A stretch of 64,000 nucleotides of DNA from an uncultured candidate division Zixibacteria bacterium (GTDB taxonomy: Bacteria > Zixibacteria > MSB-5A5 > GN15 > FEB-12). Shown here one piece after another: positions 21,140 to 32,027 of the stretch. Position 1 is the stretch's first letter; each line of letters starts with the position of its first letter. The stretch covers positions 384,001-448,000 of the forward strand of contig CAWDXE010000004.1 of NCBI GenBank assembly GCA_963806185.1, read 5' to 3'. The notes below the pieces were generated by a model. It was not told the origin of the DNA. It saw only the letters and a list, made by a program, of their open reading frames with translations, and searched no databases. The position numbers were made by a program, and so were the translations under genes.

Positions 21140-22577
21140 GATCGTGCTCCTTTTCTTCCTTGTGCTGTCCCGGCGTCGGGGAGGAGAAGGTTGTGCGAAT
21201 CGTCTCCAGTCGATCGGCGCCGCTGTACACGCCGATGTGCATCAGGCGCGACGATGTGAGGGCCTGGTTGCCGGGCACGGTAATGATGAACACCGATTCG
21301 CCGCTACCGCCGGCGGTCACATCTAGTCTCGGGCCGACCACTTCCAGTTTACCCGGCCCATCGTCGATTTTCAGTTCAATCGGCAGTTCCCGGCCGGATT
21401 TGTTTATGACGCGCACAGTGTAGAGATTGCGGATGGATCCGTTTTCAAGTTCCTGGTACAGGCTGCCGGAGGCCCGTAGAATCGTCGTCTGAGTGTCACT
21501 GCGAAACGCCAGAAGTGTCGACATCAACACCAGCAGGGCGGCCAGGATAACCGAGTAGATTTTGACGCGTCCGGACAGGCGGAATTTCTGTCCATGGGCG
21601 ATCGTATTGTACGACGAATACCGGATCAAACCTTTTGGCAGGCTCATGCGGTCCATGACCCTGTCGCAGGCGTCGATGCAGGCCGTGCAGTTGACGCATT
21701 CCAGTTGGGTGCCGTTCCGGATGTCGATACCGGTGGGGCAGACCTTGACGCAGGCCGCGCAATCGATACAATGGCCGCGCTGTGAGAAATCGTCTGTTTC
21801 TGGGCCGGTGCACGCGGCTCGCCGCGACGAAAGTCGTAGGCGACGACTATCGAGTTGTTGTCGAGGAGCACCGACTGCAAGCGTCCATAGGGACAGACGA
21901 GCGTGCAGGCCTGCTCGCGAAACCAGGCAAAGACCCAGTAGAACGACGAGTGAAAAGACGATCATGATGAACAAGCCGGTCAGATGCTCGGCTCGGCGGA
22001 TCGGTGATTATTGCTCAGTGAGTTGATCGATGCCGATGAAGTAGGCGAGAAACGTGTTACCGATGACGAAGGCAATCGCAAAGAAGATAAGCTGCTTGCC
22101 CCTTTTTCAGGAATCTTGGACGACAGTCCACGGCGCGCGAGCCAGTTCACGCTGGCGAGGTCCGTTGCCCTCGATCGAGATATTCAATCTTGCGATAGAC
22201 CATTTCGAGGAAGATCGTTTGCGGGCAGGCCCAGCCGCAGAAGAGACGTCCGAATGCCGCCGTGAACAAAATGATGAAGACGACGAGCAGAATGACGCCC
22301 AGGACGAACAGATAGAAATCCTGCGGCCAGAAAGTCGACTCCGAAAATGAAGAACTTGCGATTCAGGATGTCAAATAGAAGAAACGGATGACCGCCCACG
22401 CGGATGAACGGTGCTCCGAAAAGGAACGCCAGAAGGAGCACAGCCACCCAGGTTCGAGCCGTGTGAAATCGACCGTGCGGCTTGTTGGGATAGACCCACA
22501 CTCCGGCGACCGGTCTTGTCGATGGTGGCAAGGTTGTCGCGAAAGGAATTGTCGTTCTCGTAGCTCTCCTTCGCCAT
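21126..22577 (-). CDS. ccoG: cbb3 oxidase accessory protein CcoG/FixG, multiply frameshifted in this sequence
   Basis: SFRD.LATIDK.G start, WVYP.KP.G, CIDC..CV.VCPTGIDIRNGTQLECVNCTACIDACD and LIRY spread over several frames. Confidence 0.85.
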
Positions 22578-22582
22578 TCAGC

Positions 22583-23267
22583 CTACTTCGGAATCTCCGT
22601 CACCAGATCCCCTGAGGGGCCTTTGGATCTCGGCGGGTTGGTACCTCGCATACTCAGGACAAAACTGGCCACCTGAAGAATCTGCTCGGGTTTGAGCTCA
22701 GTTCGCCAGGCCACCATGCCTTTCGTCGGATAGCCGAACTTGATGCTCTTCACGACATTGGTCATGCCGGCGCCGTGAATCCAGTAATCGTCGGTCAAGA
22801 TTCGGTCCGATCAAACCCTGCGCCAACGGGCCGTGGCACGAAATGCAGTTCTTGGTGAATATCGCATTGCCAGCTTCGATCGCCTGTCCGATCGGTTAAG
22901 GGCCACGTAGGTCGTAGTGTCCGACTCACGCGTCTCGGTGGCTCCGCCGAGTTTGAGCTTTTTCATACCTGCCGGCGCTCGAGCTGGAGATCACGTTGCG
23001 GGTTAGCATACGGCGCATGATATTGAGGCAGTACTCCGAAATACTGGTTCTCTGACGGGTGTGAACGCACATATAGCGGGTTCATTTCCTTCAGGTACTC
23101 GTCTCCGCTCAAGTAGCCGATCCCGAATACGTGGAAGTACAGCATATAGAGCACGGCGAAGATGATCGAGAAGTAGAACAACCACACCCACCAGCGTGGG
23201 AGGTCGTTGTCCAGCTCCGAATGCCGTCATAATCATGATCGAGCAAGGTATCACGCATTTCAGCCAT
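22583..23267 (-). CDS. ccoP: cbb3 oxidase subunit III CcoP (single heme), frameshifted
   Basis: LLDHDYDGI, WLFYFSIIFA, KNCISCH..GPNL and TDDYWIHG..GYPTKGMVAW in successive frames. Confidence 0.82.
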
Positions 23268-23455
23268 GACGATCGATCCTCCTGCGTGGTCCGAGCCGGC
23301 ATCCAGCGGAAGCCGCTCGGCTTCGCTGAATCGTCCGCTTATCCAATCGGATAGCCCAGATAATAACGGCGGAAAACGCCAGCACAAATACGATCAGTGA
23401 GATCAGGGGAAAGACGTCGAATTCCCTCGATTGAACTCAATACTTCACTCAACAC
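23260..23455 (-). CDS. ccoQ: cbb3 oxidase subunit IV CcoQ, frameshifted
   Basis: LSSIEGI..FPLISLIVF..FSAVIIWAIRLDK..RLPLD small TM protein between ccoO and ccoP. Confidence 0.7.
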
Positions 23456-23464
23456 GATTGCACC

Positions 23465-25649
23465 TCACATCCCCGCCTGAGTAGGCGGCTTCACTTTGAT
23501 GTCGGTTCCCAGCCTCTGCAGGTAGGCAATCAGCGCGATGATCTCCTTGTCGGCTGTCGCCTCGATCCCGGTCTGCTTCAGATTGGCCACAATCTGCCTG
23601 CGCCTGCGTAGTGAGGTCGGCGTTGGCGCGCTGGTCATACCCGACGGGATACGGCACGCCCAGCGCCTGCATCGCGCGAATCTTGGCGACCGGTGACTGG
23701 CGGTGTCGAGCGTCCGGGTCAGCAGCCACGGGAATGGCGGCATGATCGATCCGGGCGACATGGACTCCGGATCGCGCATGTGATTGATAGTGCCAGGCAT
23801 CGGGATATTTGCCACCTTCCCGCATCAGATCCGGTCCGGTCCGCTTTGAGCCCCACTGGAAGGGATGGTCGTAGACATACTCGCCCGCCTTGGAATATTC
23901 TCCGTAGCGCTCGGTTTCGGATCGGAACGGACGAATGAGTTGCGAATGGCAGGTATAGCATCCCTCGGATACGTAAATGTCGCGCCCCTGCAGTTCCAGC
24001 GGAGTATATGGCTTGACAGCGGCAATGGTCGGGATATTCGATTCGACCAAGAAAGGTCGGCACCATCTGCACGATCGCCGCCAATCAGAATCGCGATCGT
24101 CGACAGGATCAGGAACTGCACCGGCTTTCGTTCGAGCAAGCGATGCCAAGTCTTATCGTGGCCGGTAGGTGAACATAGTTCGGCTTCAGCGCCGGGGCTT
24201 GGGCCATTTCATTCGGCGGCAAACGTACCCAGCTTGGTCGTCTTGAACAAATTGTAGGCCATCACCAGTACGCCGATCAAGGAAGAGCAGCGCCACCAAT
24301 GACCCGAATCGATATACATCGGAATAATCTGCAGGACTGTCTCGAGGAAATTCGGATACTGCAGGAATCCATCCGGCGTAAATTGCTTCCACATCAAGCC
24401 CTGGGTGATCCCCGCAAAGTAGAGCGGGAAGGGCATAGACGATGATGCCCAGCAGGCCGATCCAGAAATGGAAATTGGCCAGTTTGTCTGAATACAGCTT
24501 CGCGTTCCAGAGTCGCGGAATCAGCCAGTACAGCATACCGAAAGGTCAGGAATCCGTTCCAGCCGAGGGCGCCGACATGCACGTGGGCGATTGTCCAGTC
24601 GGTGAAATGCGAGAGCGCATTCACGCTCTTGATCGAAAGCGTCGGTCCTTCGAAGGTCGCCATCCCGTAGGCCGTCACGGCCACCACCATGAACTTCAGC
24701 ACGGCATCTTCACGCACTTTGTCCCAGGCGCCGCGCAGGGTCAGCAGACCGTTGAGCATGCCGCCCCATGACGGCGCGATCAGCATGATCGAAAACACCG
24801 TGCCCAACGACTGCGCCCAGTCCGGCAGGGACGAATAGAGCAAGGTGATGCGGGCCGGCCCAGATGTAAATGAATATCAGCGCCCAGAAATGAATGATCG
24901 AAAGCCGATACGAGAAGACCGGTCGATTGGCCGCTTTGGGCAGGAAGTAGTACATCAAGCCCAGATACGGCGTGGTCAGGAAGAAGGCGACCGCGTTGTG
25001 ACCGTACCACCATTGCACCAGCGCATCCTGCACGCCGGCGTACACCGGGTAGCTTTTCATGAACGATACCGGCAGCTCGATCGAATTGACGACGTGCAGC
25101 ACGGTCACCGTCACCCAGGTGGCGATATAGAACCAGATCGCGACATACATGTGGCGTTCGCGCCGTTTGAGTATGGTGCCGAACATATTGATGCCGAAGA
25201 TGATCCAGACCAGGGCGATCAGCGATGTCAATCGGCCATTCCAGCTCCGCGTACTCCTTGCTGGTAGTGAATCCGACCGGCAGGCTAATCGCCGCCGCGA
25301 CGATGATCAGCTGCCAGCCCCAGAAATGTACCCAGGACAAGGTGTCGTTCCACATTCGGGCTTTGCAGAGTCGTTGCAGGGAGTAGTAGACGCCCATGAA
25401 AATGCCGTTGCCGACAAAGGCAAAGATGACGGCATTGGTGTGAACCGGGCGAATGTGGCTGAACGTCGTGTAGGGAATCCCGAGATTCAGCTTCGGCCAG
25501 ACCAATTGCGAGGCCGCCAACAGCCCGACCAGCATGCCGACCGCGCCCCAAATGACCGTCGCCCAGGCAAAGTACCTGACGACCTGATTGTCGTAGTGAA
25601 AGGTCTCAAGTAGTTGATCCGTCTTCGGCGGATGCTCGTCTTGCTTCAT
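23465..25649 (-). CDS. ccoN: Fused cbb3 oxidase subunits I/II (CcoNO), multiply frameshifted
   Basis: [37 protein letters not shown] and HVHVGALGW, then Cco[20 protein letters not shown] and YLQRLG. No separate ccoO start evident. Confidence 0.9.
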
Positions 25650-25652
25650 ACG

Positions 25653-25808
25653 CTATTCTTTCTTCCTTCGACTATCTTCAAACAGCATTCGAATTTTTGG
25701 AGTGTAGGTGTCGTCGTACTGGCCGCGGCGGACGGCATAGATGAAGGCCACCAGAAATCCGAGCGCGACCAGCAGCGATGCTCCCATGATGACAAAGAGT
25801 ACCGCCAT
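25653..25808 (-). CDS. ccoS: cbb3 oxidase maturation protein CcoS
   Basis: 51 aa MAVLFV...F.YAVRRGQYDD.YTP.IRMLFED, read manually (below the ORF-track cutoff). Confidence 0.88.
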   Translation of the reverse strand: MAVLFVIMGASLLVALGFLVAFIYAVRRGQYDDTYTPKIRMLFEDSRRKKE

Positions 25809-28249
25809 CAGGCCAATCCTTCCCGACGCGCCTGCCAGCGCGTACCGAGCGTGGCGACCAGAACGACCGTCACCGAACTTACGGGCATCAGAATGGCCGA
25901 GACCAACGGCGTCAGATGCCCGGAGGCAGCGAATCCCAGACCAACGATATTGTATATGATCGAAATGATGAAACTGAAGATGATGATCAGCCGGCTGCGA
26001 CGTGCGAAGCTAAAGAATCTCGGCAATTTGTCTATGGCCGCCGAACTGACAATCACGTCAGACGCCGGCGTAAACGTGCTGCCTTCTGCGGCAACGGCTA
26101 TCCCTACATCAGACTGCCGCAGTGCTCCGGCATCGTTCAGCCCGTCACCCAGCATGGCTACCCGGATACCTTTTGCCTGTTTCTTGGCGACATAGTCGAG
26201 TTTGTCGTCGGGAGATTGGTCAAAGCGGAGTACGCTGTTGCCGCCGAGAAGTCGTTCAAAGCGGGACCGTTCGCGGGATGTGTCTCCGGAAACCAGTGAC
26301 AATTCATACATCCGGGCCAGTTGGTGCAGCATTTCCTGCAGCCCTGTCCGTTCAACTGAGGTGACAACGAACCGGCCGCGGTATTTTCCGTCTAAAGCAA
26401 AGTGGACGCTGCTGCCGAGGGAATCGTCGTCATGCGAATCAACCGACTGATGGCAATGTATCGTCGCCCACGCCTTTCGTCCCAGAGCGACTTCCGAATT
26501 GGCGATCGTTGCGATGAGCCCTTGTCCGGTGACTTCTTCAAATGAGGTGACTGAGGCAAATACCTGATCGCCTCCAAGTTCGGCCAGGCGTCGGCTCAAT
26601 GGGTGTGTCGAATGGCGGGCCACGGACGCCACGAGGCAGGATTCGGCGGACGTGAGAGGCCCCTCGACTCCCTCAAAGTGAATGTGGCCGGTGGTGGTTA
26701 ATGTCCCGGTCTTGTCGAAGACGATAGCATCGATGCCGGCCAGTCGTTCGACCGTATCCGTGTTCTTGACATAAAACTCATGGCGGCCCAGAATACGAAG
26801 AGCGGTGCCGAGTACGAAGGGCGAAGCAAGCGCCAGGGCACACGGGCAAGCCACGATGAGCACGGAGACGACCGCGAGCGTCATCCGGGTCGGGTCAACA
26901 AGCGCCCAGTAGCCGGCAGTCAGCAGTGCAATCGTGAGCACGCCGAAGGTGAAATACCTGCTTGCGCCGTTCGCCAGGGACTCAATGCGAGAGGGGCGTC
27001 CCTTGGTAAACGAAACATGATTCCACAACCTGGTGAGATAGCTTTGTTCGATCGCCTTGGTCACGAGGATATCGATGGCGGCGCCGACCTGCCGTCCCCC
27101 GGCATAAATCCTCTCACCCTTTCTGCGATTCACCAAGTCCGACTCGCCCGTGACGAAACTGTAGTCGATCTGGCTCTCACCATCGAGCAGGACGCCATCG
27201 GCCGGAATCAGTTCACGGTTGCGAATCACGATTGTATCTCCAATCACTAATTGTGGCAACGGAACTGACTCTTCGCCGGCGGTCGTCTTGCGTATCACGC
27301 TGACGGGGAAATACGATTTATAGTCCCGTTCAAAAGACAATGCCTCGTAACTCTTCTGTTGAAAGAGCCGTCCGAGCAGCAGGAAAAAAACCAGGCCGGA
27401 AAATGAATCAAGGTACCCTGGTCCGATTCCGGAGAACACTTCGTACGCGCTTCGAACGAACAGGGCGAGAAAACCGAGAGCTATCGGTACATCGATATTC
27501 AGCGTCCGCTGCTTCAGCCCCATCCAGGCGGAGACAAAGAAATCTTGAGCGGAATAGAGAAGCACCGGCAGGGCCAGACCGAGCGACACCATGCCGAAGA
27601 GCCAAGGGTACTCGGTTCCGGCCAAAGGCAGTGAGCTGAGGTAACCCGGGAAGGCCAGGAGCATGATATTCCCGAAGGCGAAGCCGGCGACGCCAATCCG
27701 CGTATATAACCCCCGACGAGAAGGCTTCGTGACCGGGCCGCCGAGAGAATCGAGATTGATGACCGGTTCGTACCCCAGCGATGCCAGTAGTTCCACGACC
27801 GCACGCAGGGTCGTCTTCCGGCTGTCCAGAACCAGCATCAACTCGCGGCGAGGAAAGTGCACGGTGGCGCGGCCGACACCCGAATTCAGGGAATGAAGGT
27901 TCTCGAGGAGCCACACACACGCCGAGCAGTGCATCTGAGGGATGATAAGAGTTAAGCGGACGATCCGACCGTCATCGTAATCGACCAGTCGCTCCCTTAC
28001 CAGGGGATCGTCGAGATAGGCGAATCTTTCCCCCGATTCCGCCGTTGGGCGGATTCCCGGACGAGCGGACTCCCGGGCATAGTAAGCGTCCAGGTGATTC
28101 TCGTGCAGAATCTGCCAGACGGCGCGGCAGCCTGAGCAACAGAAGGACAACTCCCCGACAGCAGTGTCCAGATCACGACAGGAGTCCCCACAATGGGCAC
28201 ACTGGACCGCCTGTCGCGGAATTTGTTCAGCTGTTACTGTCGTCGCCAA
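25808..28249 (-). CDS. ccoI: Copper P1B-type ATPase CcoI/FixI
   Basis: CAHCG, FCC.GC, MHCSAC, ACPCAL, DKTGTLT and GDGLND; heads the cbb3 operon. Confidence 0.92.
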   Translation of the reverse strand: MATTVTAEQIPRQAVQCAHCGDSCRDLDTAVGELSFCCSGCRAVWQILHENHLDAYYARESARPGIRPTAESGERFAYLDDPLVRERLVDYDDGRIVRLTLIIPQMHCSACVWLLENLHSLNSGVGRATVHFPRRELMLVLDSRKTTLRAVVELLASLGYEPVINLDSLGGPVTKPSRRGLYTRIGVAGFAFGNIMLLAFPGYLSSLPLAGTEYPWLFGMVSLGLALPVLLYSAQDFFVSAWMGLKQRTLNIDVPIALGFLALFVRSAYEVFSGIGPGYLDSFSGLVFFLLLGRLFQQKSYEALSFERDYKSYFPVSVIRKTTAGEESVPLPQLVIGDTIVIRNRELIPADGVLLDGESQIDYSFVTGESDLVNRRKGERIYAGGRQVGAAIDILVTKAIEQSYLTRLWNHVSFTKGRPSRIESLANGASRYFTFGVLTIALLTAGYWALVDPTRMTLAVVSVLIVACPCALALASPFVLGTALRILGRHEFYVKNTDTVERLAGIDAIVFDKTGTLTTTGHIHFEGVEGPLTSAESCLVASVARHSTHPLSRRLAELGGDQVFASVTSFEEVTGQGLIATIANSEVALGRKAWATIHCHQSVDSHDDDSLGSSVHFALDGKYRGRFVVTSVERTGLQEMLHQLARMYELSLVSGDTSRERSRFERLLGGNSVLRFDQSPDDKLDYVAKKQAKGIRVAMLGDGLNDAGALRQSDVGIAVAAEGSTFTPASDVIVSSAAIDKLPRFFSFARRSRLIIIFSFIISIIYNIVGLGFAASGHLTPLVSAILMPVSSVTVVLVATLGTRWQARREGLA

Positions 28250-28360
28250 AATACCACCAGGTTGGTTGCCGGTTGTGGTCTATGCGTGCCCATTTTACCC
28301 ATTTTCCTCGGCCGAATATATCGGCTAAGTATCATCCGGGCAAGGCAAAGGTAGAACAAA

Positions 28361-28378
28361 TTGTGAAAAAAGTCACAG
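28361..28378. promoter_or_regulatory. Putative Crp/Fnr- or Rex-type operator upstream of cbb3 operon
   Basis: TTGTGAAAAAAGTCACAG, a perfect TGTGA-N6-TCACA, upstream of minus-strand TTGCCC-N17-TATATT. Confidence 0.6.
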
Positions 28379-28598
28379 AAAAATGTACTGCGAAGTATGG
28401 GATATTTGGGCGGACGGATTGGTCTGTAGCATTCGGCAATTCAGGCCGTCCAATTCAAAGGGCACGGCTTGACAAGAATGCTGCGTACCGGCCTGCCCGA
28501 ATCTTGGTCGAGGGCGCTCATATATGCAGACAGCCCGCCCAGGGGCGGAGGAAGCTGTGATCACGATGAACTGTCACCACCTTTGCCAAGGAGCGATC

Positions 28599-28973
28599 AT
28601 GAATCGATTTCCGCCTTTGCGCCTCCTGGCGGTAGTAATCGTCCCACTTGCCGCCGCCGGTCTCATATCTTGTTCCGGGAGCGACAGCCCGACCGGACCG
28701 GGCGGAGGAGGAACCACTCCTCCCAACACTGTCAACATCTCCGGCAACGATTTCTCACCGGCCGACAAGACCATAGCCGTCGGCACGAAAATCACCTGGG
28801 TCAATAAGGATGGCGTCAACCACACCGTCACCAGCGACAACGGCGCCTTCACGTCTTCCGGCACACTTGCTCACAACGCGACGTACGAGTTCACGTTCAC
28901 GACGCCGGGGACCTATCCGTATCATTGTGCCATACACGCTGCGATGAAGGACACGATCACGGTGACCCCGTAA
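28599..28973 (+). CDS. Cupredoxin (plastocyanin/azurin-like) lipoprotein
   Basis: Lipobox LISC; type-1 Cu ligands NHTV and YHCAIHAAM. Confidence 0.88.
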   Translation: MNRFPPLRLLAVVIVPLAAAGLISCSGSDSPTGPGGGGTTPPNTVNISGNDFSPADKTIAVGTKITWVNKDGVNHTVTSDNGAFTSSGTLAHNATYEFTFTTPGTYPYHCAIHAAMKDTITVTP

Positions 28974-29114
28974 TCGACTTCCACCCATCGGCACAGTAAC
29001 GAGAAGGACAATCGCGTACGAACGGCAACGCGTTGTCCTTCTTTGTGTTCGCCTCAATCGGTCGGCGATTTGGGACGGCGGGCGATACTCCCAACAACTT
29101 TTCTACAAAAATAC

Positions 29115-29162
29115 TTGACAAGAGCGATCCATCTTAGTATTTAACCGACAAGTTAATTAACC
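29115..29162 (+). promoter_or_regulatory. Promoter and palindromic operator of ArsR operon
   Basis: TTGACA..TAGTAT followed by the inverted repeat TTAAC-CGACAA-GTTAA. Confidence 0.55.
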
Positions 29163-29178
29163 GGGTGGTGTAATACGC

Positions 29179-29589
29179 ATGATGACTGATCGTCTCAGCA
29201 CAACTTTTGCGGCTCTGGCCGATCCGACGCGACGAGCGATTCTCGCCAGCCTGACTCGTGGTCAGTCCTCGGTCCAGCAATTGGCCGGTCCCTTCCGCAT
29301 GAGTTTACCGGCAGTTTCCAAGCACCTAAAGGTGTTGGAACGTGCCGGCCTGATAGAACGCGGCCGTGAGGCCCAGTGGCGGCCGTGCCGATTGCAGGCG
29401 GGACCGCTCAAAGACGCTTCCGATTGGATAGAGCATTACCGGTGCTTCTGGGAAGAGAGTCTGGACCGGCTTGAAATCTACTTGCAGGAGATTCAGCGGC
29501 AGGAGAAAACGGCAGGCCCCACGAGCCGTCGCAAGGTGAGCAATTCCGTCAGACGGAGAGGCATGAAAACAGACGGACGCCGGAAGTGA
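29179..29589 (+). CDS. ArsR/SmtB family transcriptional regulator
   Basis: FAALADPTRRAIL and SLPAVSKHLKVLERAGLI. Confidence 0.92.
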   Translation: MMTDRLSTTFAALADPTRRAILASLTRGQSSVQQLAGPFRMSLPAVSKHLKVLERAGLIERGREAQWRPCRLQAGPLKDASDWIEHYRCFWEESLDRLEIYLQEIQRQEKTAGPTSRRKVSNSVRRRGMKTDGRRK

Positions 29590-29696
29590 TGGTCAATGAG
29601 AAGAGTCGCCAAAGCGGCGGAGCCAGTCGGTGGTGCGTTTGAATGCACCGGATGAAAACAGGCAAGAAAGAACTTTCGATATCTCAGGAGTTGAAC

Positions 29697-30674
29697 ATGA
29701 GCACAAAGAATTCCGCCCCGGAGACAGTGGCCGACCGTGAAATCGTTATCTCGCGTCTGATAGGTGCCCCGCGCGAACTGGTTTTCGAGGCCTGGACCGA
29801 TCCAAAACACATTATCAAATGGTGGGGACCGCGAGGCTTCACCCATACCTTTCAAGAAATCTCCGTCAAGCCGGGCGGAGTGTGGCGATTCATCATGCAC
29901 GGTCCCGACAGCGTCGATTACCCCAATTACATTGTGTTCGACGAAATCGTCAAACCGGAGCTTATCACCTACACTCATGGCGGCACCAAGGAGGGGGATG
30001 ATGTCCATTTCAAAGCCACCATTACCTTTGTCGCGCAAGGTAACAAAACCCGACTCACCCTGCGTATGCTGTTCGGCACAGCGGCTGAACGCGAACAAGT
30101 TGTGAGAGTGTACAAGGCGATCGAGGGCGGCAACCAGCACGTGGATCGGCTCGAAGAACATCTGGCCGGCATGATTGCGGGAGAGCCATTTGTGGTGTCG
30201 CGGACATTCGACGCACCGCGCGGACTGGTCTGGAAAGCCTGCACCGAGCCTGAGCGAATGAGACAGTGGTTTGGCCCCAAGGGGTTTGAAGGCACGGTTG
30301 CGAAGATGGATTTCCGGGTGGGAGGCTGGTATCACTATTGTCTCCGCTCGCCCGATGGGAGCGACTTGTGGGGAAGGTTCACCTATCGGCATATTCAGAA
30401 GCCGGAGTTGATCATATTCGTCAGTTCGTTCTCGGATAAGAATCGAGGGCTGACTCGTCATCCGATGGCGCCGACCTGGCCGGCCGAAATGCTGTCGACT
30501 TTCACTCTGACAGAAAAAGGGGGGAAGACGACGTTCACCGTGTCTTGGACGCCAATCAATGCCACTGCCGAGGAACTCAATGCCTTCCGCGAAGGGTTCA
30601 ATAGTATGAAACAGGGTTGGGCCGGCACGATGGAACGGTTTACTGAGTACCTGACCCACGAAAAGGGAAAGTGA
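29697..30674 (+). CDS. Tandem SRPBCC (AHSA1-like) domain protein
   Basis: Two copies of SR...APR.LV..A.T.P....W.GP.GF. Confidence 0.88.
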   Translation: MSTKNSAPETVADREIVISRLIGAPRELVFEAWTDPKHIIKWWGPRGFTHTFQEISVKPGGVWRFIMHGPDSVDYPNYIVFDEIVKPELITYTHGGTKEGDDVHFKATITFVAQGNKTRLTLRMLFGTAAEREQVVRVYKAIEGGNQHVDRLEEHLAGMIAGEPFVVSRTFDAPRGLVWKACTEPERMRQWFGPKGFEGTVAKMDFRVGGWYHYCLRSPDGSDLWGRFTYRHIQKPELIIFVSSFSDKNRGLTRHPMAPTWPAEMLSTFTLTEKGGKTTFTVSWTPINATAEELNAFREGFNSMKQGWAGTMERFTEYLTHEKGK

Positions 30675-31096
30675 GGCTGAATTTGGCTGAATCTTCAATA
30701 TTTGCGAAATGGCAAGCGTGGGCTCCGCAGCAATTGAGCCTGCTCAGGATAGTCGCCGCGTACATGTTCATGCTGGCCGGGACGTCGAAGTTGTTCGCCT
30801 TTCCGGTCGGCATGCCGCCCAACGGCGACACGGCGCAACTGCTGACCCAAGTGGGGATAGGCGGAGCGCTAGAGGTGTTTGGCGGCGCCCTGCTGCTGCT
30901 CGGGCTGTATACTCGCCCGGTGGCGTTTATTCTGGCGGGGGAGATGGCGGTGGCCTATTTCCAGTTTCATGCCCCGGGGAGCTTTTGGCCGACAGTTAAC
31001 GGGGGAGTCTCCGCCGTGATCTATTGTTTTGTCTGGCTGTATATCTCGGCCGCGGGGGCGGGGCCGTGGAGTGTGGATGCGTGGCGAGTCCGGTGA
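30671..31096 (+). CDS. DoxX family membrane protein
   Basis: LLRIV..GTSKLF, GLYTRPVAFILAGEMAVAYF and GAGPWSVD. Confidence 0.88.
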   Translation: MRLNLAESSIFAKWQAWAPQQLSLLRIVAAYMFMLAGTSKLFAFPVGMPPNGDTAQLLTQVGIGGALEVFGGALLLLGLYTRPVAFILAGEMAVAYFQFHAPGSFWPTVNGGVSAVIYCFVWLYISAAGAGPWSVDAWRVR

Positions 31097-31223
31097 CAGA
31101 GCTTCGGCGCCTGAACCGACGGTTTGAACCAGGAGCATGCTGCTTGAGATTGCTCGGCTGTTTTTGGTCCGACCAGGCCAAAGGTGCATATAAAGCTGAA
31201 CACAGTTTTACCTTGGAGTCGTT

Positions 31224-31976
31224 TTGAACAAAGTCGCGAAGGTAACGATCTCCTTTTGGATCATGAAGATCTGTGCGACTACTCTGGGAGAGACCGCCGG
31301 GGACCTCTTCTCAATGACCATGAACCTGGGCTATGCCATCAGCTCGATGATTCTCATCGGAGTGTTCATTGTCAGCCTCGTTTCACAGGTCCGAGCTCGC
31401 CGGTTTCATCCGGTCCTCTTTTGGATTGTGATCCTGACTACCAGCACAGCCGGTACGACAATGTCGGATTTTATGGATCGTACGCTCGGGCTGGGATATG
31501 CAAATGGCGCACTAATCCTTGTGTCATGTCTGCTTGCGGTTCTGGCTGCCTGGCGCCTGAGCGAAAAGACAATATCGGTCAACAGCATTCAATCCACCAG
31601 GGCGGAGCTTTTCTACTGGGCGGCCATTCTTGTATCGAATACCCTGGGCACAGCCCTGGGCGATTTTCTAGCCGACAATTCCGGGCTCGGCTTCCTGGGT
31701 GGCGCGGTCCTTATCGCCGGACTGCTTGGCCTGGTAGTTATGGCAACCTACTTCACCCGACTCGATCGAGTCATGTTGTTCTGGGTTGCCTTCGTCCTGA
31801 CCCGTCCATTCGGTGCGACTTTCGGCGACCTCCTGACGAAGGGCACGGAAAGGGGTGGTCTCGGATTCGGTACGATCGGATCATCAGCCGTACTTGCATG
31901 CCTATTGGCCGCGTTTATAATCTACTCGAAAATGACTGTAGATCGTGTGCCGTCTCACACTGAATTGGAAGCCTAG
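31224..31976 (+). CDS. Conserved membrane protein (COG4705/DUF347-repeat type)
   Basis: KI.ATTLGETAGD, TAGTTMSD, NTLGTALGD and LTRPFGATFGD repeats. Confidence 0.82.
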   Translation: MNKVAKVTISFWIMKICATTLGETAGDLFSMTMNLGYAISSMILIGVFIVSLVSQVRARRFHPVLFWIVILTTSTAGTTMSDFMDRTLGLGYANGALILVSCLLAVLAAWRLSEKTISVNSIQSTRAELFYWAAILVSNTLGTALGDFLADNSGLGFLGGAVLIAGLLGLVVMATYFTRLDRVMLFWVAFVLTRPFGATFGDLLTKGTERGGLGFGTIGSSAVLACLLAAFIIYSKMTVDRVPSHTELEA

Positions 31977-32027
31977 TTGCGCAGAGGACCAGTGTGAACC
32001 CGTCGTAGTCACAAATCGGTCACGCAG

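Noticed and set aside
29493..30698. 401 aa antisense ORF and similar long shadow ORFs (e.g. 13804-14541, 32745-33533, 47324-48076)
   Set aside because: They overlap well-supported genes on the opposite strand, have no recognisable motifs, and are expected in GC-rich DNA.
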